Positions 1 to 7,300 of a DNA stretch of 64,000 nt are shown piece after piece (position 1 is the stretch's first letter; each line of letters opens with the position of its first letter). This DNA comes from a virus. The translations under genes and the position numbers were made by a program. The notes under the pieces are model-generated. The model was not told where the DNA came from and searched no databases. It was given only the letters and a program-made list of their open reading frames with translations. Where the stretch lies: positions 1-64,000 of the IMG/VR virus record IMGVR_UViG_3300021963_000097; one strand, written 5' to 3'.

Positions 1-287
1 AACCTGGTCACCTTGTCTATATAGGGAACTCCTGAGGAAATCCCGTTCTACCCCATTCTCCCTAATAATCCCCATCCTCCATAAGAGCTCGTAATACCTA
101 TAAAGGATTAGCTAAACTTATGGGTAAAGGGGAATAAGGAATTCTAATACCAACTTCAGTATTAGAGAGTTTCATGGTCTATCTGGTATTAGATAAACTC
201 ATGTACCCCTAATTGCACCCCTATTATAGGTACTTTCTTATGGCAAGGAAAGAACTAAATTATGTTATTTTGCATTAACTAATAGGC

Positions 288-316
288 TTGCCATATATCC
301 CTATAGTTACCATAAT
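288..316 (+). promoter_or_regulatory. early sigma70-type promoter (TTGCCA-N17-CATAAT) with no ORF at +1
   Basis: Same GGCTTGCC..GTTAC-CATAAT architecture as the other early promoters; TTG-TAA follows at the expected +1. Confidence 0.75.
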
Positions 317-322
317 AAGCTA

Positions 323-412
323 TTGTAAGGGACTGGGCGCTTATAAAGATGTAACGCAATCCGTGTTACCGCAGTGGCTAGGTCATCCCGGATTAACGAG
401 GTCCTCTTATTC
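323..412 (+). ncRNA. candidate structured small RNA
   Basis: Downstream of a consensus promoter and no ORF. TAAG/GGAC 326-333 pairs with GTCC/CTTA 401-409; stem 351-357/363-369; loop AATCC(G) is complementary to CGGATT 389-394. Confidence 0.4.
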
Positions 413-510
413 TTATGATATGGTACGGATATCTAGAGATAGGTCAAGCCTATAGTTACGTAGGATGCCAGTGGTAAACTTGTTTCTTCTTAGAGGGAGC
501 ACATTTCTAG

Positions 511-562
511 ACATAGTACTTGCAGGTGATTGGGTCTGGACCGATTATATAGACTATGAAAA
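511..562 (+). repeat. promoter-cassette repeat family A, copy 1 (ACATAGTACTTGC..CCGATTATATAGACTATGAAAAT)
   Basis: Near-identical copies at about 840-902 and 1120-1166; contains -35 TTGC(A/C), -10 GATTAT/GATAAT and, in two copies, the start codon. Confidence 0.8.
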
Positions 563-855
563 TCCAACCGTTCTACCTAACCCTCGATGATCCTGAATTC
601 GTTGCCAATTATGCGCAAGAAATGATCGAGCACATCATGTGCAGTCTTCACAAGAGAGAGCCTTTCCGGTCTTATCCAGATTGTGAGTACTTGTGGGATA
701 GGCCGCGCAACTTTAGAGCAATAAGCCGGCACATCAATGACCTCAAGCAATTACTAGCACGGCTCGAGCAAATCGAAGGCCCTGTTCGGGATTTGAGCAG
801 TGCTGAACACCGGGTTCTACGTGCTGATTTCATTAAACGTAAAACCTTAACATAG
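556..855 (+). CDS. hypothetical early protein (leaderless)
   Basis: 99-aa ORF; ATG 7 nt after the -10 element. Confidence 0.7.
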   Translation: MKIQPFYLTLDDPEFVANYAQEMIEHIMCSLHKREPFRSYPDCEYLWDRPRNFRAISRHINDLKQLLARLEQIEGPVRDLSSAEHRVLRADFIKRKTLT

Positions 856-894
856 TACTTGCCAATCATTGGTTCAGTGCCGATTATATAGACT

Positions 895-1122
895 ATGAAA
901 ATAACTGAAATGGTTAACTTACTCACACAAGCTCAAGCTCGCGGTGTTACCGAGATAGAGTTTTACGATGGTGTCACCCACGAAGGCCTTCAAGACTCTT
1001 GGCACCATTATGGTTCTGCTACTACTCCCTTTGCTATTCTTTTTGAATCCGAGAAGGATTATCCGGATTACTGCAAGAACACTTATACTCTAGAAAAGGA
1101 CCTCGAGTTCACCAAACGTTAA
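895..1122 (+). CDS. hypothetical early protein (leaderless)
   Basis: 75-aa ORF; promoter TTGCCA at 859. Confidence 0.7.
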   Translation: MKITEMVNLLTQAQARGVTEIEFYDGVTHEGLQDSWHHYGSATTPFAILFESEKDYPDYCKNTYTLEKDLEFTKR

Positions 1123-1204
1123 ACCTTAACATAGTACTTGCCATTCATTGGTTCTGTACCGATAATGATCGGGTAATAAGGTAACAATCAAATCAATCAA
1201 ATAT

Positions 1205-2200
1205 ATGTCACATGGAATTACTAATCGCGACCGCCAAGAAGGCCGTCATATGGGTTGGCACAATCTAACTCAGATCAATGAGGTGCTCGATCTCAAGAAC
1301 AACTGGCTTACCAAATGGGATATCCAAGAGGTAGGTCTGAAGACGGCAGGGGATATCGAGGTGCCGTTCAAGATCCTCACGGGTACGGATGATAATGAGT
1401 TCATCGGTAAGCCGTTTGCCGGGACCTATACCCCGGTATCTAACAAAGCTTTCCTCGATATGATCGGAGAGGCGATTAGTGGAGTGAAGGGAGCCGTAGT
1501 TGAATCCGTGGGATCGGTCAATAACCGTGGTCGCGTGTTTGTCTCATTGTCAATCAAAGGGATGGAAAGCTTCAAGGTGGGTAAACGCGAGTTCAAAGAC
1601 TTCCTCAACTTCGGTAATGGTCATGATCAGACTTCAGCTCTCTGGACCAATGCTTCGAATACATGTACGGTATGTGATAATACCTTTAGTATGAATCTGC
1701 ATGGTGAGCAAGAGGTTAAGTGTAAGGTTAAGCATTCGAAGGACGTCATTGCGCGATTGGATAACATCGTGGAGATCATTGATGCTTATGCAGGTACGCA
1801 GGCTAAGTTCAAAGCTCAGTTCGAACGTCTACTCAACGAACCGATGAAGGTGGATAAAGCACGTGATCTATTCGCCGGTTGGATGATCCGTAGTACCTCG
1901 GAAGAGGGTCGCGATCTTGGACCTAAGACGTTGACCAAGGTTAACCGTCTGACGGATCTGTTTCAGGTCGGTAAGGGTAATAACGGAGCGAACCGAGCTG
2001 ATGCATTCAGTGCCGTAACGGACTATTACACCCATGAATCCACGCGCCGGTCCGGACGTAACGTTACGCGTCAGGTGTTCTCGAGTGAGTACGGACTCGG
2101 TCGGATGGCTAAGTCTGACTTCTGGAACGTAATTCGTAACGACAAGTCGGTTGACACTTATGTAGCTAACGGGAAGAAAGCTCTCGCGATGCTATCGTAA
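1205..2200 (+). CDS. DUF932-family (TIGR03299-like) phage/plasmid protein
   Basis: Motifs 'GWH', 'Y.PVSN..F', 'GS..GR.F', 'NGHD', 'VCDNT', 'KHS', 'AVTDYYTH' typical of DUF932. Confidence 0.75.
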   Translation: MSHGITNRDRQEGRHMGWHNLTQINEVLDLKNNWLTKWDIQEVGLKTAGDIEVPFKILTGTDDNEFIGKPFAGTYTPVSNKAFLDMIGEAISGVKGAVVESVGSVNNRGRVFVSLSIKGMESFKVGKREFKDFLNFGNGHDQTSALWTNASNTCTVCDNTFSMNLHGEQEVKCKVKHSKDVIARLDNIVEIIDAYAGTQAKFKAQFERLLNEPMKVDKARDLFAGWMIRSTSEEGRDLGPKTLTKVNRLTDLFQVGKGNNGANRADAFSAVTDYYTHESTRRSGRNVTRQVFSSEYGLGRMAKSDFWNVIRNDKSVDTYVANGKKALAMLS

Positions 2201-2227
2201 TGGTGGAGGTATCGATCTAGATACCCT

Positions 2228-2255
2228 AGAGAGCCTCGAGCAATTGAGGCTCTCT
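2228..2255. terminator. hairpin / probable bidirectional terminator
   Basis: AGAGAGCCTC-N8-GAGGCTCTCT between the DUF932 gene and a convergent minus-strand promoter. Confidence 0.65.
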
Positions 2256-2320
2256 TCTACCGTTACCCGGTAAACCAATCAGCGTAACCGAAGTGATTCA
2301 GCGCGGGCAGACCCATTCAT
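2228..2320 (-). ncRNA. candidate ~90-nt small RNA or 13-aa peptide (MNGSARAESLRLR, 2320-2279)
   Basis: Begins with ATG exactly 6 nt after a consensus -10 and ends at the hairpin; internal complementarity (TCTGCC/GGTAGA, AATCA/TGATT). Confidence 0.4.
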
Positions 2321-2326
2321 AAGATT

Positions 2327-2355
2327 ATTATGGGAACTTTAAGGGAGGGTTGCAA
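2327..2355 (-). promoter_or_regulatory. early promoter on minus strand (TTGCAA-N17-CATAAT)
   Basis: Reverse strand reads TTGCAA ccctcccttaaagttcc CATAAT aatctt ATG. Confidence 0.75.
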
Positions 2356-2397
2356 GCTTAAAATTTAATAAAAAACACTTAATATATTAATTAAAAC

Positions 2398-2425
2398 TTG
2401 CCAAATTAATTAAAAGGGATATATT
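2398..2425 (+). promoter_or_regulatory. early promoter TTGCCA-N16-TATATT with AT-rich UP region
   Basis: ATG 6 nt after the -10; divergent from the 2355 promoter. Confidence 0.7.
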
Positions 2426-2431
2426 TATGTT

Positions 2432-2650
2432 ATGAAAAATAAATTATTTGGATTAGTGATGGGAGAAGGAAGGATTATTATTGGAGATTTTAAGAAGGTA
2501 TTTATTGATAATAAAATTTGTGAGGAAGGAGATTATGAGAGTTTTAAAGAGGAGTGTGTTGAGAGTAAAGGGGTATGGTTGATTGATGATATGGGATTTT
2601 GTGAGGGAGAGAATGAGAGTGAGGTGATGAGTAAAATAGGTGGAGTTTAA
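2432..2650 (+). CDS. small acidic protein encoded by a cytosine-free gene
   Basis: 72-aa ORF with its own promoter; no C in 2403-2657; protein lacks A, P, T, Q, H; 16 D/E versus 9 K/R. Confidence 0.75.
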   Translation: MKNKLFGLVMGEGRIIIGDFKKVFIDNKICEEGDYESFKEECVESKGVWLIDDMGFCEGENESEVMSKIGGV

Positions 2651-2696
2651 TTTAAGGCTTGCCAAAAAAGGGAAACGTTACCATATTATTAGCACA

Positions 2697-3080
2697 ATGA
2701 TGAACAAATATCCTATATCGCAAGTCGGGAGCGTAAAGCTCTCCGATGGTTCGAATGAAATGTACGGTAACATTAACTCTTGCTGGACCTTCGGAAATGA
2801 GAAGGGGATGTCGGCTCTACTCTTTATTAGTTTGAAGGGGTTGCGTGCGCCGATCGGCAAACAGAAGTACAAATGGAAGGTAGTGGTTACGTCTAGTAGC
2901 TTAGAGCAAGTCAAACAAAACTATAAGATTGGATCCGGGCAAAGCTTCTATGCTGATCAATCTGGCCGCAATCTCGGCGATTGGGAATTGGCCGATATAG
3001 TGGAATGGAGTTTAGATGGCCTGCAACGTATCGCTAACATTACCCATAAGAAGTCTGTAATGATGGCTACCTACAAATAA
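2697..3080 (+). CDS. hypothetical early protein (start revised to ATG 2697)
   Basis: Promoter TTGCCA(2659)-N17-CATATT lies inside the longer ORF call. Confidence 0.7.
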   Translation: MMNKYPISQVGSVKLSDGSNEMYGNINSCWTFGNEKGMSALLFISLKGLRAPIGKQKYKWKVVVTSSSLEQVKQNYKIGSGQSFYADQSGRNLGDWELADIVEWSLDGLQRIANITHKKSVMMATYK

Positions 3081-3119
3081 GGCTTGCCAGTTAACAGAAA
3101 CGTTACCATTATATCAACA

Positions 3120-3356
3120 ATGAAATACGCACACGAAGTGTATACAGTCGAACAGCTGCAACAAGCGTTCGCTAGCGTTCAGAACTCTGAACATTGGAAG
3201 AACCCCATCAGTGCTACCATCAACAAAGCCGATCAGGACTTAGTTCATGAAGCAATTATTTACTTTGCAGGATGTAACCCCCAGTTCGAACCTATTATGG
3301 GTACCGAGCTATTAACCGTTAAAGCTGTCGGCTATTATGTCGCAGTAGGAGCTTAA
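3120..3356 (+). CDS. hypothetical early protein (start revised)
   Basis: The TTG at 3084 is the -35 box; CATTAT 3107-3112, ATG 3120. Confidence 0.7.
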   Translation: MKYAHEVYTVEQLQQAFASVQNSEHWKNPISATINKADQDLVHEAIIYFAGCNPQFEPIMGTELLTVKAVGYYVAVGA

Positions 3357-3362
3357 TACTTT

Positions 3363-3545
3363 ATGATCAAAATAATTGCACCCTATATGTCCGCAGATCT
3401 CTTTGAACGTAAGTTCCGGGAAGCCATTGAATGGCAGACCGAGATGTTACTCGGAGATGGCGAGTTCAAAGACGATGAATACGATGTAGCTTACGAGAAG
3501 GCAGTATTGCTCGTAGCTGAAGCAGAAGAGATTGAATTGGTTTAA
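3363..3545 (+). CDS. small acidic hypothetical protein
   Basis: 60-aa ORF filling the gap between cassettes. Confidence 0.6.
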   Translation: MIKIIAPYMSADLFERKFREAIEWQTEMLLGDGEFKDDEYDVAYEKAVLLVAEAEEIELV

Positions 3546-3584
3546 GGCTTGCCGTTTACGGTATTTGTTACCATTATACCTTAT

Positions 3585-3869
3585 ATGACAAAACAACAAG
3601 TAGCTGAAGTAGTCGTTGCTATTATGAAGGAGAAAGAAGTAAAGGAAAAGATCGGCTATTTAGCTGATTTGGTAACGCGCCATAAAGATGGTACGTATAC
3701 GGCGCGTAGAGGTTTCTACTATAAGTTCGATAAGACTGCTCTGGACTTCAAGAACGATATTGAGGCTCTAGGTATACCCGTACTAGCTTATGGTACGGAG
3801 GAAAAACCTTTTAAAGGGGGGATGGGAGTTAAGGCTAACTCGCATTGGTGGGCAACGTTTAGAGCTTAA
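3585..3869 (+). CDS. hypothetical early protein (start revised)
   Basis: TTGCCG 3549 is the -35; CATTAT 3572; ATG 3585. Confidence 0.7.
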   Translation: MTKQQVAEVVVAIMKEKEVKEKIGYLADLVTRHKDGTYTARRGFYYKFDKTALDFKNDIEALGIPVLAYGTEEKPFKGGMGVKANSHWWATFRA

Positions 3870-3910
3870 GGCTTGCCGTTTACATTAATTGTTACCATAA
3901 TATTATCATA

Positions 3911-4309
3911 ATGAATATCAATAAAACATATCAAGTAGAGTTCTCAATTGAGGACTGCAAACGGTGTCTTAATAATCATCAATACGATGCTATCCGGGTG
4001 CTCGTTGAAGAGATGCAAAAAGACGAGCGTCTTACCTCCATCCAGGACATTAGTAACTTCGTAATGGGGTTGCTCCGAGGGGAACGAGGCAGAGAGTTTG
4101 AAGATCTAGTAAAAGAGTATTCAATTAACTGGATCAGTACGCCGACGTTTAATTCAGGTTGGGGTAAGCTGGTTGAAAAATTCCCGGGTATCTTTGAGCT
4201 CGATCCTCTCATTAAGCAGTATGTTCACGATGCGTATGGGGCAACCAAACTGCAAGTCACCGTCGATGGGCTGTTAATCGATACCAAAGAGATACTCGCA
4301 AATATGTAA
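3911..4309 (+). CDS. hypothetical early protein
   Basis: 132 aa; TTGCCG(3873)-N17-CATAAT. Confidence 0.7.
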   Translation: MNINKTYQVEFSIEDCKRCLNNHQYDAIRVLVEEMQKDERLTSIQDISNFVMGLLRGERGREFEDLVKEYSINWISTPTFNSGWGKLVEKFPGIFELDPLIKQYVHDAYGATKLQVTVDGLLIDTKEILANM

Positions 4310-4350
4310 TTTAGTTCCAACAACAAAACAAAACAATAATAGAAACAAAT

Positions 4351-4635
4351 ATGAAAAATAATAACATCGTCAATGTTACGCGTATGACTAATAGGAATAC
4401 ATGGAAGGCTCAGGTGAATCGTAATAACGTCAGCCGCTCGAAAGCGTTCAGCGATAGCAAATACAAGGGTGCCGGTAAGGCGCTTGATGCTGCTCTTGCC
4501 TATGGTGCTTACTTGCAGGGTATCAGCTGGACCCGCTTCGCTGCTCCGGTCATTACCAGCTATCGTAAAAAGGGGTCTTCTTACAATCACTTCGCGGTTG
4601 CCACCAAGGCACTCGCTCGCTATACCAACGTTTAA
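4351..4635 (+). CDS. basic AP2-like DNA-binding protein
   Basis: 'WKAQV..SRSKAFSDSKYKG..KAL..ALAY' resembles the AP2/integrase-N fold; A/C-rich leader without SD. Confidence 0.5.
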   Translation: MKNNNIVNVTRMTNRNTWKAQVNRNNVSRSKAFSDSKYKGAGKALDAALAYGAYLQGISWTRFAAPVITSYRKKGSSYNHFAVATKALARYTNV

Positions 4636-4716
4636 TCGATAATAACCGTTGCAATAATTCTAGATTAATATACAATAACTTCATACCATTAAGGTATAAC
4701 TAAACAAAACCATACT

Positions 4717-4965
4717 ATGAATACTGAAAATACTACCGCTGAAAAGCGTTCCGCTACGATTGAAAAGAACCGCTCTGCTCGCATTAGTGAGCGTGGCTAT
4801 GCCTTGCCATTGGTGCTGACCTGCAAGGTTACGGGCAAGCAAGTCAAGTATACCTCGCCGTCGTATATCGATAAGGTGATTGCGCGTGCTGGCTCTCTTG
4901 AGAAGCTTCAGGCTTCCTTCACGTCGCGTGAGGGCCGTCGGTCACCAGTCGCGCAGACTCATTAA
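4717..4965 (+). CDS. small basic protein, paralog of 7301..7654
   Basis: Shared 'LTCxxTGKxVxxT...KxIA..GSLE' motif. Confidence 0.7.
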   Translation: MNTENTTAEKRSATIEKNRSARISERGYALPLVLTCKVTGKQVKYTSPSYIDKVIARAGSLEKLQASFTSREGRRSPVAQTH

Positions 4966-4986
4966 TTGTTGGTGTTTTTCATTCGC

Positions 4987-5027
4987 ATAGTGGCTCATCT
5001 GGTAACCCCGGATGGGCCATTATTTTT
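4987..5027 (+). terminator. rho-independent terminator
   Basis: ATAGTGGCTCATCTGG / CCGGATGGGCCATTAT stem followed by a T run. Confidence 0.7.
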
Positions 5028-5070
5028 GCTAAGTACCTGCCTTTACAACTAAATAACCTACATTACTGTT

Positions 5071-5253
5071 ATGAGCTACGAAAAGATTCTAAAACTAATT
5101 CGCACCGAGATTGCTGATGCAATGCTCGAGGACGGAGACCTATCACGCAAAGAAGTACTCGATGATCTAATAGAAGGGATCCGATCTGATCTAGAAGTAG
5201 ACGAAGACGAAGAGCAAGATGAGCCTGATGAATTCCTTGAAGAGATCGAATGA
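5071..5253 (+). CDS. highly acidic small protein
   Basis: 60 aa with a D/E-rich tail; TAAATA at 5050. Confidence 0.65.
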   Translation: MSYEKILKLIRTEIADAMLEDGDLSRKEVLDDLIEGIRSDLEVDEDEEQDEPDEFLEEIE

Positions 5254-5360
5254 ACTGGGACCTCATCTTTACTTGGATAGCAGGTGGTATCTTTCTAACG
5301 TGCTTAGGTCTTCTAGTTACTGTGGTCTGCTTCTGGTTAGATGGTCGTGATCAAGACTAG
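5250..5360 (+). CDS. 36-aa single-TM membrane peptide (MNWDLIFTWIAGGIFLTCLGLLVTVVCFWLDGRDQD)
   Basis: ATGA overlap with the upstream stop; one hydrophobic helix; below the ORF-track cutoff. Confidence 0.55.
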   Translation: MNWDLIFTWIAGGIFLTCLGLLVTVVCFWLDGRDQD

Positions 5361-5463
5361 TGGTACACCGGAGTATATCCCGGTTACCCTAGAGTACTCT
5401 GCAGAGTACAGTATGGACTAAGAGCTTGCCATAATAGGAAGTAGTTCTTATTCTATCTGCACC

Positions 5464-5688
5464 ATGAAGAGTACCTCAATCCTTACCCCTATCAGAGAGC
5501 AAGTACTGTTCTCTAGTGACTTCGAAGCTACTAAACAACTCGTACTCGAGACTCTAGCAGCAGCTCCTATTCAAGACAAGGACATCAAGCTAGCTCGAGT
5601 AGTGGTACAGTACCAGATATCTAATCTAGCTAGACTTCAGAAGTATGTGAGTGATATGATCCTAGCAAAGGCTGGTCTGAAGGTTTAA
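5464..5688 (+). CDS. hypothetical early protein; palindrome-tetramer-rich gene
   Basis: 74 aa; TTGCCA(5426)-N17-TATTCT. Confidence 0.7.
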   Translation: MKSTSILTPIREQVLFSSDFEATKQLVLETLAAAPIQDKDIKLARVVVQYQISNLARLQKYVSDMILAKAGLKV

Positions 5689-5726
5689 AGCTTGCCAACT
5701 AACGGAACTGTTCCCATACTACTCCT

Positions 5727-5873
5727 ATGAATAACAACAACGTTAGAGAAGAAGTAGTCGCTCGTTCGATCGAGCATCTAAAGAAGGAGCTCGATGCAAT
5801 CGATCTCGCCAAAGATCTAACCTGGGAAGAGGTCACCGCTATTGTTAATGGGTTCGGTTCGTGGATGAAGTAA
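5727..5873 (+). CDS. 48-aa leaderless early protein (MNNNNVREEVVARSIEHL...)
   Basis: TTGCCA(5692)-N17-CATACT-6nt-ATG; not in the ORF track. Confidence 0.7.
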   Translation: MNNNNVREEVVARSIEHLKKELDAIDLAKDLTWEEVTAIVNGFGSWMK

Positions 5874-5913
5874 AGCTATTGCCGCCTACTGCAAACGTTC
5901 TCATACTACTCAT

Positions 5914-6129
5914 ATGAATAACAACAACATTGATAATTCAATTGCAACTGCTGCAGCGCATCTGGAGACTATCCACGCCTACCTGAGTAATGCTTTGCAT
6001 GAGATGGAGAACCATCCTGAGGCATTTGAGCTGTGGCGTTGGCTTACTCCGCAACAGATTACCACCATTACGCAATTGGAGAGTATTGCTTTGAATGTGT
6101 TGTTAGATCATCTCGGGGCTCTGGAATAA
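5914..6129 (+). CDS. hypothetical early protein (leaderless)
   Basis: TTGCCG(5879)-N17-CATACT-6nt-ATG. Confidence 0.7.
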   Translation: MNNNNIDNSIATAAAHLETIHAYLSNALHEMENHPEAFELWRWLTPQQITTITQLESIALNVLLDHLGALE

Positions 6130-6168
6130 AAGCTTGCCAACTAACGGAACTGTTCCCATACTACTCTT

Positions 6169-6420
6169 ATGAATGTTAAATCAAAAAGTCTTACGTGGGA
6201 GTTCGATCAGATCGTCCTCAACAACTACCTTGCCAATCAGAACGCAGCCTTTGAAGCTCGTATGCGTGCAGCATCTGGTAATGCCTTCTATGTTGTATCA
6301 GCATTGACTGCATATGACCTAGCTCGTATGGGAGTGTACACCGTAGAGCAATACAAGCAATGGAGTGCTGAAAATGATGCTCTCGAAGCTGAAAAAGAGG
6401 ATAGAAAGAACAGCTACTAA
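6169..6420 (+). CDS. hypothetical early protein (leaderless)
   Basis: Promoter at 6134 essentially identical to the one at 5692. Confidence 0.7.
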   Translation: MNVKSKSLTWEFDQIVLNNYLANQNAAFEARMRAASGNAFYVVSALTAYDLARMGVYTVEQYKQWSAENDALEAEKEDRKNSY

Positions 6421-6459
6421 GAGCTTGCCGTTCTACTCTAACGTTACCATAATACTCTT

Positions 6460-6660
6460 ATGAAGAATAAAAACAAATTAACAAGTAACATGAACAACAC
6501 CTTACAACTCTTAGATGAAAACCAATTGGTTGGACTAGCAGACGGTTATGCAGTGTACCGTAACTTGTACGAGACGGTAACCGGCGAACGAGTATCCGTT
6601 CGAACCTCTAAGGTCTTCTGGAGTGAAGATCATCTTAGCTTTGAAGAGGTAGCCCTTTAA
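6460..6660 (+). CDS. hypothetical early protein (leaderless)
   Basis: TTGCCG(6425)-N17-CATAAT-6nt-ATG. Confidence 0.65.
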   Translation: MKNKNKLTSNMNNTLQLLDENQLVGLADGYAVYRNLYETVTGERVSVRTSKVFWSEDHLSFEEVAL

Positions 6661-6698
6661 GGCTTGCCAACTACCGTAACCGTTACCATACTACTCTT

Positions 6699-6944
6699 AT
6701 GAAACAATTCACCTCAGATCAATTCAACTGGAAGAATGGTATTGGTACAGCTGAACTCAGCTCGTTACTTGGTATGACCGAGAGCTTCTCTCGATTCACA
6801 ATCAAGTCCACTCGTACCAATCATACCCGAACATATGAGCTCGATACCCAATCTCCAGGATATGAGGATGGTTGGGATGGGGAGTTTAAACAGTACACCG
6901 ATAACTTGTTCGATGGTACTAAGGTAATCATTTGGAATTATTGA
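6699..6944 (+). CDS. hypothetical early protein (leaderless)
   Basis: TTGCCA(6664)-N17-CATACT-6nt-ATG. Confidence 0.7.
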   Translation: MKQFTSDQFNWKNGIGTAELSSLLGMTESFSRFTIKSTRTNHTRTYELDTQSPGYEDGWDGEFKQYTDNLFDGTKVIIWNY

Positions 6945-6980
6945 CTTGACCTTTTATCTAATTGTTACCATACTACTCCT

Positions 6981-7262
6981 ATGAATAACAAAGCAATCAT
7001 TGACACCCCACGCCATATGAACGACCTCTTGCCAATTGTAACGAAACGTATGATGGAGATGTATGGCGTGCCCTCCATCGGCGAGTGGTACGATGAGCAG
7101 TTCTTGTTTCCAGAAGATAAGGACTCACCCTTTGTAGGCGGCAATAAGTTGCTGGTAATGTCGATGCTCTCTGATGTCCAGGAGATGATCGATCGTAGTC
7201 TGATGGATGAGGCTCGTCATACGCTCAATAAGGCTAAATGGGTCCTATCTAATAAGCTTTAA
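6981..7262 (+). CDS. hypothetical early protein (leaderless)
   Basis: TTGACC(6946)-N17-CATACT-6nt-ATG. Confidence 0.7.
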   Translation: MNNKAIIDTPRHMNDLLPIVTKRMMEMYGVPSIGEWYDEQFLFPEDKDSPFVGGNKLLVMSMLSDVQEMIDRSLMDEARHTLNKAKWVLSNKL

Positions 7263-7300
7263 GGCTTGCCGTTCTACTCTAACGTTACCATAATACTCCT

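Noticed and set aside
222-247. Minus-strand TTGCCA...TATAAT promoter
   Set aside because: Spacer is only 12 nt, against 16-17 nt in all the others.
2453-2665. Minus-strand 70-aa ORF over the C-free gene
   Set aside because: Shadow ORF: a nearly G-free strand can only stop at TAA. It has no promoter, whereas the + ORF has one.
2640-3585. Upstream GTG/TTG starts at 2640, 3084 and 3549 in the ORF track
   Set aside because: They lie in or before the -35 box of the cassette promoters; the ATGs 7-9 nt after the -10 are preferred.
511-7300. Repeated 35-50-bp elements as a CRISPR array or integron attC sites
   Set aside because: The repeats are promoters separated by whole genes; no constant spacer length, no cas or integrase gene, no attC inverted structure.
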